From Chiloscyllium plagiosum (lineage: Eukaryota): 44,512 bases of DNA. Shown in pieces: positions 11,301 through 24,000 of the stretch. Numbering within the stretch: the first letter of the stretch is position 1; every line of letters begins with the position of its first letter. The position numbers and the translations under genes were made by a program. The notes under the pieces were generated by a model. It worked only from the letters and a program-made list of their open reading frames with translations, was not told the DNA's origin and ran no database searches. The DNA lies in assembly GCF_004010195.1 (NCBI RefSeq), contig NC_057754.1, positions 1,028,124-1,072,635 of the forward strand, in the 5' to 3' direction.

Positions 11301-14300
11301 CTCCTTTCTGGATACCTGAAGTGGGTCCCCATTTAGTAGTGGTGCTGGGTCCACATCAGGATGGGGATGCTGCAGTGATAGAGGCAATGGTTGCCATTAA
11401 TCCCTAATTGCCTTCATGGTGAGCTGCCTCCTTGGAACTACTGCTGCTGAGCCACCCACAATGTTGTTAGAGGGGGAGTTGCTGAATTCTGACCCAGTCA
11501 ATGAATGCAGTGACCAAGACATAAGCAAGATAAGAGAAGCCTCTGCATAGGCAAAATGAGCTGCTAATTGCCTTGTTTTGAAACAGAATCTCAAAAGACA
11601 TATTCTCTTGGTGGTGTAGGGGGAAGAGACCAATAATCTGGTCCCATTTGCCAGCATATGGCCCATATCCCCCTCAACCCTTCCTATTCATGTACCCTAA
11701 CCCTTGTCCTTGTTTTGAAATAGAATGGTTCCTGGAGTTTGAAAGATGCCAAATGTAACCTCCTAATGAGGGAAAGACCAAATTGGGAGCTAAAGACCTG
11801 TTCTAGCATCAGTTATTTGCTAAAATGTATGACCAAAGTTGTGATGATGCTGGGGAGAATTCAGCATGGATTTATGAAAGGCAAGGATGTGCAGTATTCT
11901 CTTGTGGATTTATTTAAATGGCCAGATAACGGGATCCAGTGAGTGCTGGGTGTTTGGATTTTCAGAAAGTATTCGATTAGTATCAAGATTTTGATGAACA
12001 AAACTCATTCACATGAGAATGGGGGAATATACAGACTAGAATTGAAAGCTGTTTAACTGACAAACAGTGGGGAGAAACCAGTCATTAGGTTTGAGGCGAA
12101 GTCTGAACGCTTAGGCCTTGGCTACTTTGTTTCTCAATGATTGAGGAAAGGCAGGCACAGAGTATTCCAGGATGGTGAAGTTTCTGAGGAGCACCGTGTT
12201 TGATCAACTTGGTCCAAGTGGATTTTGCAATGGCTGCTTTAAAAACAAGAGTTGTGGGATCCAGAGGAATGTAACAAGTCTGATAGGAAAGTGCTCCCCC
12301 CAGGTCGTGGTTGGTGTTTGTGACTGAGAAGGTGTTTCCATTGGGATTCTGCAGGGCCTCCCTGCTTTGTGGTGTTAACCTAAATATACAGGGTACAATC
12401 AAGTTTACAAAACAAAAATGTTGGCATGTGCTTGACAGTGAGGAGAGAAGTCTGCCTTTATTGCAAAGACATGGGGGATAAAATAGGCAAGTGCACTTTG
12501 CCTTTATTTAAGGAGGCTATAATCCTTACCGTTCAGAGAAACTCACCAGGCTGAAATGGTTGGGCTGATGCTTTCAGCATTTAGAATGAAATATTGCGGA
12601 GGGTCTGTCACAGGATAATTGCTGAGAGGATGCTGCCTTTTAAGGGGTTCTTCTATTCACTTTCAGTGATCCTTTCTGCCAGTTTTGGTATCTGCATCAC
12701 CATTTTCTGTAGCAGATAGCTGGCTCAGCCTGTTAATCATTCCAGTTATCATTATCCTGTTCAGAGATGCTGGGTTAGTGAAGCTTTTTACCTCTGCTAA
12801 CACATGGTGGTATTAGTAAATCAGCATTCAATTAGAGGCTGGTTCCTAATAGCCTTTTCAGGAACCACATCTACCATCCCTGCCTGGTCTGGCCTACGTG
12901 TGACTCCAGACCCAAAGTAGTGTGCACTACTTTACCGTCTTCTGAAATGCCCAAACGAGACAGTGGGTTCAGAGGCAACTGGGGATAGGCAGCAAGTGCT
13001 GGGTAGCCCAGCCAGTGACAGTTGGGTGATCTGAAACCTGAGGAAATGCATGCACTTGTCTTTCCAGGCATCCGGTGTAGCAGTCTCCGATGAAGTCGTC
13101 TCCGTTTTCCAGAACATGAAAGTACGCAAATCATGCACCCTGGAGGAGACCAAGGGGAGGAAGAAGGCTGTCTTCCTTACATTGAATGACAAGAAAGAGA
13201 ACATAGTTGTGGATAAGGACAGGCAGATCACAGTTGGAGATTGCTTAGGAGGAGATGTTTCTGACCCTCTTGAAACTCTTGTTAAAATGCTTCCGCTTAA
13301 AGATTGCTGTTATATCCTTTATGATGCCTCCTTCGAGACCAAAGAAACAAAGAAGGAAGAGATAATTTTCATACATTGGTGAGTTCTAATTCATTCTTCT
13401 CTTATAAAGAGAGCCTGGACTATTGTAGGAATTTGAGGTGACCTGAAAGAATTTTATGAAATGAGGGGTATTCCTTAGGGTGGGGCATTTCAAGACTGGG
13501 GGCACATTTTTAAGGTGAGGAGAGGTTTTAAAAAGATGAGGCAAATTTTTAATACAGGCTGGTTTGTGTGTGGAATTAGCTGAGGAAATGGATGTGGGTA
13601 CAGTTACAACATTCCAAAGATATTTGGAGAAGTACAGAACAATATTGGTTATCCAAACATCGGTTATCTGAATTTCAGATTATTTGAACAAGATCTCAGG
13701 TCCTCTATAGCTTCCTTTGTTTACGATCAGTTATCTGAGCCAAATACTTCCCTGCCTGTCTTTTTGGGATAATCGATATTCTGTACATGGGAAAGGTTGA
13801 GGGATATGGGCCAGGAGCAGGCAGGTGGGACTAGTTTAGTTTGGGATTATGTTCACCAGCTTTTCAGCAATTCAAAAGCAACTCCTACTCCTAGGGAGAC
13901 GATGACATGGAACTTGCTCCCATGGGAAGTGGTTGAGGTGAATAATGTGGATAAATTTGAGGTCTGAATATCATGAGGGAGGGTGGAATGTGTTCAGTCT
14001 GGTGCCCTCCTCCATACAACTCTGGTATTAACAATGACTGCACATGTGTGCCCTGGTATGAAAAGTGGGAGGAAGGATAGTGCAGGATCCTTTTTTATTA
14101 TTAAAGACATTCACCATTATTATCTTGATTTTTCCAACAGGGCTCCTGATGATGCACCTATTAATCGCAAAATGATTTTTGCTAGCTCCAAGGAGGCTTT
14201 GAGGAAAAAGCTGTGTGGTATGGCTTTCTGCCTTGCAGAGATTTTAACATGCTGTCCTCTAATATTGAAGTCTTGAGGTCTGTGTCTGTCATTATTCTCA

Positions 14301-14895
14301 CATGGAGGGACACTGCAAAGACAATGGAATAAATTGCCTCCTGCATGGAATATCTATAGGTGTCTGCACATTTCCTGTATCCGCTGAGGGGGTGGGGTGT
14401 ACCAACTATTGAATGGAATGTTAAGATTCTGCAAGGTTTCCAGAGTGCAATCTTTTACTTAACCACAAAATGGAGGCTTCTGAACACCCTGGTGTGGTGT
14501 GATCTGAACCATGAGCAGCAGTTTCTAGGTTGGACCTGCATCCACCGGTGTTTGTGCTTTGAATCGTGGAGTTTTTACAGCCCATCTCCATGTTAATCAA
14601 ACATTTATCCATTCATGGGTGACAATGAATGTCAGTGCCTCCCTAGTCTCCTCTCACCTTCCTTGGCACCCTGAGATACATCTCACCTGGGCCTCTGCAC
14701 TTAGCTTCACGTGGGCTTGAATGGATACAGCATTATTTTAATATTGTGCAGCATGTTCTTAAACTGATCTGTTTTGTTGCAGGAGTGAAGCATGAGTGGC
14801 AGGTGTGTGCAATTGAGGACTTCTCAGACCGCAATGAACTGGCAGCAAAGCTGGGATCAGGCGTTATTGCACTTGAATCACAGAGAGTCATCTAG
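7758..14895 (+). CDS. CFL1: Cofilin (ADF/cofilin family), 4 coding exons: join(7758-7760,13068-13378,14141-14217,14783-14895), 167 aa; probable CFL1 orthologue
   Basis: Spliced translation MASGVAVSDEVVSVFQNMKVRKSCT...KGRKKAVF...[54 protein letters not shown]...KLGSGVIALESQRVI*. All introns GT-AG; exon sizes 3/311/77/113 fit the vertebrate cofilin layout. CFL1 rather than CFL2 rests on N-terminal ASGVAV and tail-to-tail linkage with SNX32; the KHEWQV segment is CFL2-like. Confidence 0.93.
8791..9005. mobile_element. Family A PLE-derived fold-back insert in cofilin intron 1, with a perfect 86-bp inverted repeat
   Basis: Arms 8791-8876 / 8883-8968, 6-nt loop; TSD TAGCCAGTTGGTT at 8779-8791 and 9006-9018. 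Confidence 0.88.
8883..8917 (+). ncRNA. Minimal hammerhead motif (family A), mirrored on - in the left arm
   Basis: UUC-CUGAAGA-A-GGGC-uuau-GCCC-GAAA-CG-UC-GAUU. Confidence 0.65.
9983..9992. promoter_or_regulatory. CArG box in cofilin intron 1 (CCTAATAAGG)
   Basis: Exact CC(A/T)6GG; the 13-mer TTGCCTAATAAGG is identical to 6675-6687. Confidence 0.45.
10850..11320 (-). mobile_element. Decayed PLE endonuclease-end fragment in cofilin intron 1
   Basis: Minus strand about 10998-11040 translates WEEEHLSFRLGTLQ, matching the PLE GIY-YIG C-terminal motif LEEQHLIFRLGTLQP. Confidence 0.7.
13068..13378 (+). CDS. CFL1: Cofilin exon 2
   Basis: tttccag|GCATCCGGT (ASG...) to CATTG|gtgagt; 311 nt. Confidence 0.96.
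13635..13783. mobile_element. Tc1/mariner-type (pogo/Tigger-like) MITE nested in a CR1 3' fragment in cofilin intron 2
   Basis: TA|CAGAA...TTATCC and GGATAA...TTCTG|TA terminal inverted repeats, TA duplication, 149 bp. Confidence 0.7.
14141..14217 (+). CDS. CFL1: Cofilin exon 3
   Basis: ccaacag|GGCTCCT ([18 protein letters not shown]) to TGTG|gtatgg; 77 nt. Confidence 0.96.
14783..14895 (+). CDS. CFL1: Cofilin exon 4 coding part
   Basis: gttgcag|GAGTGAAGCAT (G-VKHEWQV) to TAG at 14893-14895. Confidence 0.95.
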
Positions 14896-15641
14896 TGCCA
14901 GTCCAGCTTCCATGCGTGTCACATGCTGTGGGTTTTATGCTTGCAGAGTACCTTCAGTTTATGTATCTTCCCATCTGACTCTTGCTTTAACCTGTTTGTA
15001 ATTGGGACCTAACTAGAAAGTTCTGGGACAAAAAAAAAATCCAAGTACTGTTAATCAGGCAAGGAAGGGCTGTAGAGAGACTTGCTGCCAAAATTGTTTT
15101 CTCAAGGCCAGGCCTGATTGCAATGGAACAAGTCAGGCAGGGGAGAAAACCCACCACAATGCCTGAATATTAACTTGTTGCAATCATTCCATGCAATGTG
15201 ATCTTAATTCCAGTAGTTGGGAGATTTGACTGGCAAGTTGTAGGCGTACCTCGGCTTAAGACGTAGACATTTTTTAGACCATTAATCATGCGAACTTGAA
15301 TTGATTACTCTTTTGTCTCAATTTTTGCAAGTCTATACCCCACCCCCAAAACCCAGATGTCTTTCAGCTTCTGAATAATTCTGGTTTGATTGTCCTTTGC
15401 AGTTCATTCCATGTATCATTTCCCCACTTTTTTGTAAGCATTCCTGGACTTCTAACAAGATTTCTCCTGTGGTAAGGGCTGACGACTCAATCCCAACACT
15501 GCACAATCATGTGACCAACTTTGTTATTGGGGTGGGGTGGCAAGGATGACCAAGTCTGAATCATTGTGTTTTGCAGATGGTTAAGTGTTGGGAGGGATTT
15601 TGGGGCCTGACTAATGTGGAAGCAACATTGTTAATCCTTAA

Positions 15642-15647
15642 AATAAA
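15642..15647 (+). terminator. Cofilin polyadenylation signal AATAAA
   Basis: AATAAA about 750 nt after the stop, followed by U/GU-rich sequence (ctgtctcttgtatcgtgtg). Confidence 0.7.
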
Positions 15648-16746
15648 CTTAGTATAAAAATCCTGTCTCTTGTATCGTGTGCTTGAGGGGCCTTCATGTC
15701 TGAGGTAAGGAGCTTTCTCCTTAAAACCCTCTAAGGACAATGGTTGACTGGAAAAATCCTTCCATTGAATCTAGAGGGCAGTGGATGAGAAATGGGAACC
15801 CTATCTGAAAGGGCACAAGCTGATGAAATACCTGCCTGTTTTCTAGTAGGTCAGGGTAATCAACACCTACTGTTGTCTGGCACAGTGCTTCCTGGTAGTT
15901 ACTCCAGAATCATTTCTAGAAGAGTCCAGAGCAGAGAGTAACAGGTGCTACTTAGCCATTACAAGGTTGTGTTCCCATCAAGTTAGCAGCTAGGGTATAG
16001 GGCTGTCAAACTTTCCTGTCTTTACACAAACTTTGCTGATGGGGAAATTGTCCTGGCTAGCTAGCTGTCACTTTTCAATGTAACTCATTTTTCATGTTGA
16101 CCTTTTTAAAGAGTTGTATATAGAGCTTCACAGCCTCTTCCTGCTGTGGGAGAGCAGAACACACTTCCTGCTAGAAGGAAGTTTCAAAACCAGGCACGTG
16201 AAGTCTCTTTGAACCACCAGGTCTACATAGTGCCACTTATAGGACCTGTTAAAACACTGATTTTTGCACATCAGTATTTTAAGAGCCTGGCCTCTACAAT
16301 TGTTCAGGAACCATAACAAATTAACATTTACATTCTTCCTAGAAGTAGAAACCATGTACCTGTAGTTCTAAAGAAATCTTCCCCAGTGCCACATGCTAAA
16401 GCATAACCTCCCTGCTTCATTAAGTTTGTTTAGTGAGTGCATTCAAGCTCTGCAATCTCACCAGTGGTTTTAATTAGAATCATAATCACAGAAACAGAAC
16501 CTTTAGTCCAGCTTGTCCATACTGACCAGATATCCTAATCTGGTCCCCTTTGCCAGCACTTGGCCCATATCCCTCCAAATGCTTCCTGTTCATATACCGA
16601 TCCAGCTGCCTTTTCAATGTTGTCATTGTACCAGCCTCCACTTCTGGCAGCTCATTCCATGCATATACCACCCTCAAATGTTTGAGGGGGAGATCCTTTA
16701 AGCAGCACATAAAAGGGTCTGAGACAAATCAAATTTCTTGCTCAGT

Positions 16747-16752
16747 TTTATT
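16747..16752 (-). terminator. SNX32 polyadenylation signal AATAAA
   Basis: TTTATT on + strand about 1.26 kb beyond the stop codon. Confidence 0.65.
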
Positions 16753-18015
16753 TACAAAAGACAAAAAAAAAAATTGAAGACTGGAACTTAGGGAAGCTGC
16801 TAAAGGATTTGCTTAATTTCAGCCTTCAAACAATTACATTTCCACCCCCACAACCATAGTATCAGTCAATCTTGTGGCTTGTACCCTGCTTTGAGCCAGA
16901 CATTCCTCACTCCATCAACAAGACTTTAACATGAACGAACTTGATGCCTTCATACTTTGGTGCACTTACAGATCCAAATCAATTCAGCATTTTTTAAAAA
17001 ATTGAACATGACTGGACGTGAATCAAAAGGTTGGTGACTTAAAACTTGACAAACAATTCAGGATGGTTTCTCTCCTACTTCCTGAACCCCTCTGTGCAGC
17101 TGAATACAAAAACGAGTATTGTGAACTCAAATACTTTTTGGCAATGTTTATCCAGCTGGTAGACCATGACATTAGCTCAGTGCTCACTGAACTCTCCCTG
17201 TTCAGCTCCGCGGAGGTTTTACACATAATGGATATCAATGTCAAAAAAGGAACGTGTTCCATCAAACACTCCCAGGACAGAGATAGCACAGGGTTAGATA
17301 CAGAGTAAAGCTCCCTCTACACTGTTGCAAGTTGACAAGTACCCTCCAGTGATTTAATAACATTTTCAGAGTTGATGTTTTTGCTGTCAACTTGAGTTGC
17401 AATAGACTTAGCCTGCTCACATGACAACAGCAAGCAGAGTACTGTGAATGGTCACTGGCCACGCTGGGCTAGAAATCAAAAACAAGAGAACACACAGAAG
17501 GGGAGAGCACATGTGTGTGGGTAGGAGTGCTGACCATTATTAGCAATGCAGATCCTCAAGATGCACTGCAGTGGTCCCTGCACAAAAGCCACCATGGGGA
17601 AGAAACAAAAAACCAAAAACTCAGCTGGTTGGGGCTTGGCAAATCTACAAGGGCCTCAGGGATAGGAAACATTGGCCATAGTTTCCACTCAGGTAGTTCC
17701 TTCACAGGCCAGCCTGCAAATGAACCCCTCAGCCAAAATACACAGTCAGGGTGGGAGGGAGAGGAGAGACTGACACTGCAGGGACACCAGACTCCACAAC
17801 AGGTTTGAGGGGGAGACTACTCCAGGGGAGGTGGGGTCAGGCTTAGTAGACAGCAGTATCCCACAGTTTGTTTTCTCATCTATCCAAAAGGAACACCATT
17901 ATAAACATGAACAACAGTAATTTTCTTTAAAAAAAAAAGCTATGGAGATGGAAAAGGGTTGGCCCCTAACACATGGTCATCTCCAGACACTGTGTAGTGA
18001 AGCTGAAAGAAAATC

Positions 18016-18069
18016 CTACTGTTCCCCTCGCAATGAACTCAAGCAGTTCCTCAGTAGTAATAGGTTGGC
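18016..18069 (-). CDS. SNX32: SNX32 exon 13 coding part ([17 protein letters not shown])
   Basis: tttccag|GCC ... TAG. Confidence 0.93.
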   Translation of the reverse strand, partial: ANLLLLRNCLSSLRGEQ

Positions 18070-21000
18070 CTGGAAACAAAAAAAAAAGTATGAAAGTTAC
18101 TTCAAAATAAAAAAAAAAATGAAGTTTCAACAAATAAAGTTCCCCCAACAGCTTGAATTTATTCAGTGCATTCACAGTAAAACACCTTCAAAAAGACACT
18201 CCACAGGAGCTACTGGAATAATGTGCATGAGACACAGGTTAGGCAGTGGAATGAACAGGCTACTAATGGTGCAGCAACAATCCAAGGGTTGATAGAGGTT
18301 CCACAGATAGGAAGGGCTAAAAGGAAATTAAACATCCAGCAACCACACAAGGCCAACAAGCCCGAGAGATAGGCGCTAGCTCTCTGAATGGAGCAGAATA
18401 AACTTCATACCACATTCCACAAATTATTCATGTTGAGGCCAGTTTAATTTTGTTCTGGAATGTTTTAGAGTCAGATTCCAGCCCTTTAGGAAAACGTGTT
18501 GCATTTCATTGCCTTATGTATACAGTGAGACACTACTCAATAGTTTGAGCAGAGATTGGAAGGGGTCCAGTCTCAAGTCACCTCAATCATGTACCAACAT
18601 CCAATCCTCACCTACCTTTGCGTGTTTCAGCTCCAGCTCTGTCATCTCAATCATGTTCTTCCGAAAGGCAGAGACCCTGCGAATTTTAAAGTCGGAGAGT
18701 TCTATGGGCAGCAGGGAAAACAAATTGCGGCGGGGAAGGAAGGAAAGAAAAACAAAGTAAAACGGCCTTGTGAATAAAGTTACCCAGGACATGCACATTT
18801 CTGTAAATACTTTAACTGCGTCAGCCTCCTACAAAACCAGGGGGGGGGGGGGGAAGAAGGAAGAATAAAAAAAGGAAGAGGAAACAAAAAAAAAATCTTT
18901 ACCCCAGCTCAGGACATGTAGGAAACACAGCTACTTCCCACACAGAGACAGACTGACTGTTTTAAGGTGACAAGGAGGGATAGATCTCTTTCATAGAATC
19001 CCTACAGTGTGGAAACAGGCCCTTCGGCCCAACCTGTCCACACCAACCCTCAGACCCATTCCCCTACTCTATATTTACCCCTGACTAATGCACCTAACAT
19101 ACACATCCCAAACACGATGGGCAATTTAGCATGGTCAATTCACCTGACCTGCACAAACTTTGGATTATGGGAGGAAACCGGAGCACCAGGAGGAAACCCA
19201 TGCAGACACGGGGGAGAACGTGCGACAGACAGACAGACACCCGAGGATGGAATTGAACCCAGGGCCCTGGCGCTGTGAGGCAGCAGTGCTAACAACTAAG
19301 CCACCCATACCATCTCCTGACAGCCTGGCTGCCCCTCAGCACTGACCCTCATGACGGCTCAGGTTTTAAATTTGACTCTTGATTTTATGGTGGAGGGCTC
19401 AAGCAGCACCAAGGAGTGATGGGACAATATTGTCAGTCAGCCTGGCAAGAGATGTGACAGCATAGCATGGGCCCGACATCACTTGGTAACCATGGAAACA
19501 GTGAAAAAATCAACATCATACAGGGAAGTACTGGAGAAACTCAGCATAGACCGACAGAATTCAATGGGCTGGTAGGAGGCACTGGCCAGAGTAGCATTAA
19601 TGTCTGGGCTGTTAATCCAGAGACCTAGGTCACGTGCTGGGAACAGGCTCAAATCCTGCCACAGTAGATGGTGGGATTCAGATTCAGTATTAAAAAGGAG
19701 TTAGGGTTAGGCTGTCCTTAACTAGTCTAGCCTATAGGTGGCTGCAGACCCACAGCCATGTGACTGACTGACTGCTCCCAGGGATGGCCAGCAATGCCCT
19801 CATACTATCAATTAGAAAGGAAGTCACACAGGACTCAACGTCAGGTCGGTTTCTCACACAGGTGCTGCCAGACCCAGCTTTCTCCAGCACTCAGTTTTTG
19901 CTTCATGTTTCCAGTGTCTGCAGGATTGTGCCTTTCAGAATCAGATGTACAGCATGGAAACAGAGACCCTTGGGTCCAAACCTGTTCATGCTGACCAGAT
20001 ATCCCAATCTAATCTAGTCCCATTTGCCAGCACTTGGCCCATATCCTCCAAACCCTTCCTATTTATATACCCATCCAAATGCCTCTTAAATGTTGTATTG
20101 TACCAGCCTCCACCACTTCCTCTGGCAGCTCATTCCATACACGTACCACCCTCTGTGAAAGTTGCCCCTTGGGTCCCTCAGATCTTTCCCCTCTCACCCT
20201 AAACCTATGTCCTCTAGTTCTGGACTCCCCCCACCCCAGGGAAAAGACTGTCTACTTATCCTATCCATGCCCCTCCTGATTTTATAAGCTTAAGATCACC
20301 CCCTAGCCTCCGACGCTCCGGGGAAAACAGCCCCAGCCTGTTCAGCTTCTCCTTGTAGCTGAAACCCTCCAACCCTAGCAATATCCTTGTAAATCTTTTC
20401 TGAACCCTTTCATGTTTCACAACATCTTTCCAATAGGAAGGAGACCAGAATTGCACGCAATATTCCAACAGTGGCCTAACCAATGTCCTGTACAGCCGCA
20501 ACATGACCTCCCAACTCCTGTACTCAATACTCTGACCAATGTGAAAGCGCACGGATGAAGGTCCTATTTGAGGAACGGGTCAGGCTGCAGACAATGAATG
20601 GACGTGTGGGGTGGGGTGGGGGGTTTGGAGGTGGAGAGAAGGAATGTCGAGCCCTTTACCTTGCTTGGCTGATTCAGAGAGCTTTTCAAATTTTTGGCAG
20701 CAGCGTTGCTGATTAGTCTCAGCGTGTTTCACATCCTTGTTCTTCATGCGGGCCCGGTCCAGGGCTTTGTTGGCATTTTCATAATCCGACAGAGAGCGAG
20801 CTCTCCGGTACAATAGGTCCTGGGCAAGAAATTCACACAAACCTCACGTCATCCCCAAAGACTGACTCAAATCGAATAAAATGGGATCCTAAAGGCTTGG
20901 AGATTTTTGGTGGCGGTGGTGGGGATTGTTTGTCAGAGTTCCAGAGCACAAAGCAAGGTTTCAAATAAAAAAAAAAAGGAATTCTCAAATCTCCAGGCCT

Positions 21001-24000
21001 CCGGCAACTGGAGACACTGCCCCAGTGGTGGGGTGATGGGAATCAGTGGATGCTTAGGAGGCCGGGATTGGAGGGAGAGTCAGAGCTGCTGGGTTGTTGG
21101 GGCTGGAAGGGGTGACAGAGTTAGGGAGGGGTGTTACATGCAGGGGGCTAGAGGACGTGACAGGGGTAGGGAGGAATATGGGGTGCTGAGGGGCTGACAG
21201 AGACTGGGAGGGATGTACCTATGTATCTGCTGCCCCTTGTCCTTCTGGATGGAAGTGGCCATGGGTTTGGAAGATGCTGCCTGAGGATCTTTGGGGAGTT
21301 TCTGCAGTGTATCTTGTAGCTGGCACACACTGCTGCTACTGAGCGTCGGTGGGGAGGGAGTAGGTGTTTGTGGATGCGGTGCCAATCCAGGGCTGCCTTG
21401 TCCCTGGATGGTGTCGAGCTTCTTGTGTTGTTGGAGCTGCCCCCATCCAGGGGCAAGTGGGGAGTATCCCCTCACCCTCCCGAGTTGTGGGACAGGCTTT
21501 GGGGAGTCAGGTCGTGAGTTGCTCACAGGATTCCCAGCCTCTGGCCTGCTTTTGTAGCCACAATATTCATATGGGAAGCTTAATTCGATATCCCTAGGAC
21601 ACTGATATGGGCTGCCTCCGCAATAGTGGTGCTCAGGGAGAGAGGTGATACATATTGGTACAGACAGACAACAGAAGAAACTGGACACAACAAAAAGCAC
21701 TATTTTAAATCAGGAGTGTAGGGGCTGAGGGCCTGGGCGCATGGACGTCTGCCAAAGGTGGCAGGGGGAATACAGTCGGCGGTTAAAGCGAACTATACCC
21801 CGGGTAGGGACGGACACACACACACGGGAGAGAGGAATGTGTGGTGGAGACAGGTTGAACTCAGACAGAGGAGCATCGGCCGGTTATGTATATAGAAACT
21901 ACACCCTGGGTTTAAAAGAAAAGAGAATGGCACCAAGTTGTGATATGCAGAGAGCTAGAACACATGGGATGGGCTGAGTGGCCTTTTTTTTCCCTGCACT
22001 GTAGCAATTTGGTGCTGCTGTGTGGATATGGAATTGTTTTAGCAGGTGGACTAGGCATGAGGGAGAAGGGTTGACTGATAACAAGTAGGAGGGAGATTTG
22101 GTAGATGAAGGTAGGGTAGAGAAATGCCCCAGGTCAGGGTCAGCCCCTCCAGGAGGGAAGAGGGAGAGCCCCCACTCCAGGAAAGTGGCTGCACACCTCC
22201 CCCACCCCCTACAATTCTCAATCGCGTGGGAGACTTAAAGTTAAAAAAAAAACTGAAGTAAATGCTCTTTTAACATGAAGTTTTAAAACCACGTACAGAG
22301 GAACCTCAATTATCCGGCATTCAATGAATTGAACTGCGGATCATCCAGACAAGATCGCAAGGTCCCGACGCATGGCTAACTGTTACGTGGTGTTTAATTA
22401 ACCAAAATCTTCCCTACCCCTTGGATAAATCGGGTTTCCTCTGTACTTGCCTTTGCTGCTTGTGAATCCCTCATGTAATATCTTAACAAGTCAGAAAGTT
22501 TCAAGTCTTCATCAGATGCCACACGCCCTTCCAGTTTCTACAGAGAGAAAACAAAGGAATTAACTGGCTGAGTATTCTGAGAGATACAAGTTGCCATTGG
22601 CCAAACAAACAGCAAAAACTCATTCTTCTTACCCGAAGTTTCTCAAAAAGTTCTGCAAGTTTCAGAAAGTTCCTGCAACGAGAGAGAAAAGGGAGAGGAC
22701 AAGCAGAAAGTGAATGGGTTAGGTAATTTTGTGGTTTATTGTAGGAGAGACAGACAGCAGATCCAGCTCACTGCCTGCTCCAGAGACACAGCACTGAGCC
22801 AGTCACCTATCTGTCCTCAGAGGTGTGTGAATGTACAGCTAAAGCTACAAACAGCCCTAGTACTCCCCACCGAGCACGGCTGGACTCTCTTCCGAGGCCT
22901 GGGGGGAGGGGTGGAAGTGAGCATCTCTCTGATCACCACAGCATTGAGAAAGACTTCTGGCTTTAACAAAACTGGATGCATTCCAACTCAACAGAAGGTT
23001 AGATACAGAGTGAAACTGCTCCCTCTAGCGTACAGGGAATGTTAAACACTGGCTTCAGTACAATATGGAGAGACACCCCCCCCACCCCACCCCACTTCTC
23101 TTCACCAAATGTGGCAGCAAGATCTTGTAAAGACAGGTACAACTTTGCCATCAGGTGGATGTAGATATATTCCTCCTCCTCCCCTCCCCCCCCACTCCCT
23201 CAAGATGGCTCCTCCAGCAGCAGCTTGCTCCCTCAGCACCAACACCCACCCCACCGCCCCCTGACAGCACCTGGAAGAGGACTAATTCGCTCTGGGAGGC
23301 AGACAGGCAAGCAGGGGAGGCAATGGCCTGCTGGTATTATCACTGGCCTGTCAATCCAGAGAGCCAGGTAATGTCCTGGGGACTCAGGTTCGAGTGCCAC
23401 CATGGCAGGCGGTGGCATTTGGATTCAGTGAATAAAATCTGGAATCAAGAGGCTAGTGATGACCATGGTTGATTGTTGGAAAAAACCCCTTCAGAGAAGG
23501 AAACTGCCATCTTTACCTGGTCTGGGCCTACTGTGACTCCAGGCCCACAGCCCTCTGGGATGAGCAATAAATGGATGTCGGTTTGCTCACGGAGCTGGAA
23601 GGTTTGGTTTCAGACGTTGAGTCACCATACTGGGTAACATCAGTGAGCTTCCAGGTGAAGCACTAGTGGGAATGGCCTGCTTTCTGTTTGTGTGTCACCA
23701 AGGAAACCCAAACAGAGCAGACCATCCCACCAGTGCTTCATCCGGAGGCTCACTGATGTTACCCTAGTAGGGTGATGAAACCAAACCTTCCAGCTCAGCG
23801 AGCAAACCAACATCCAGAACCTCAAGCTGAGCTACAAACCTTCTCAAAACTCACTATGAGCAATAAATGCTGGCCTGGCCAGTGACACTCATCCCGCAAA
23901 TAAACAAAATATAGGTCACAGACAAGTACAGCTGGTCTCACCACTTAGTGCGCCAATTTAGAACAAAAAAAAATGTCCTACTTGCTAAGTGGGTTGGTGT

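Noticed and set aside
19240..19305. tRNA gene
   Set aside because: tRNA-derived SINE head continuous with the V-domain body; no complete cloverleaf
22445..22446. GT donor for SNX32 exon 10
   Set aside because: Adds 4 nt and breaks the frame with exon 11; the GC donor at 22450 preserves it
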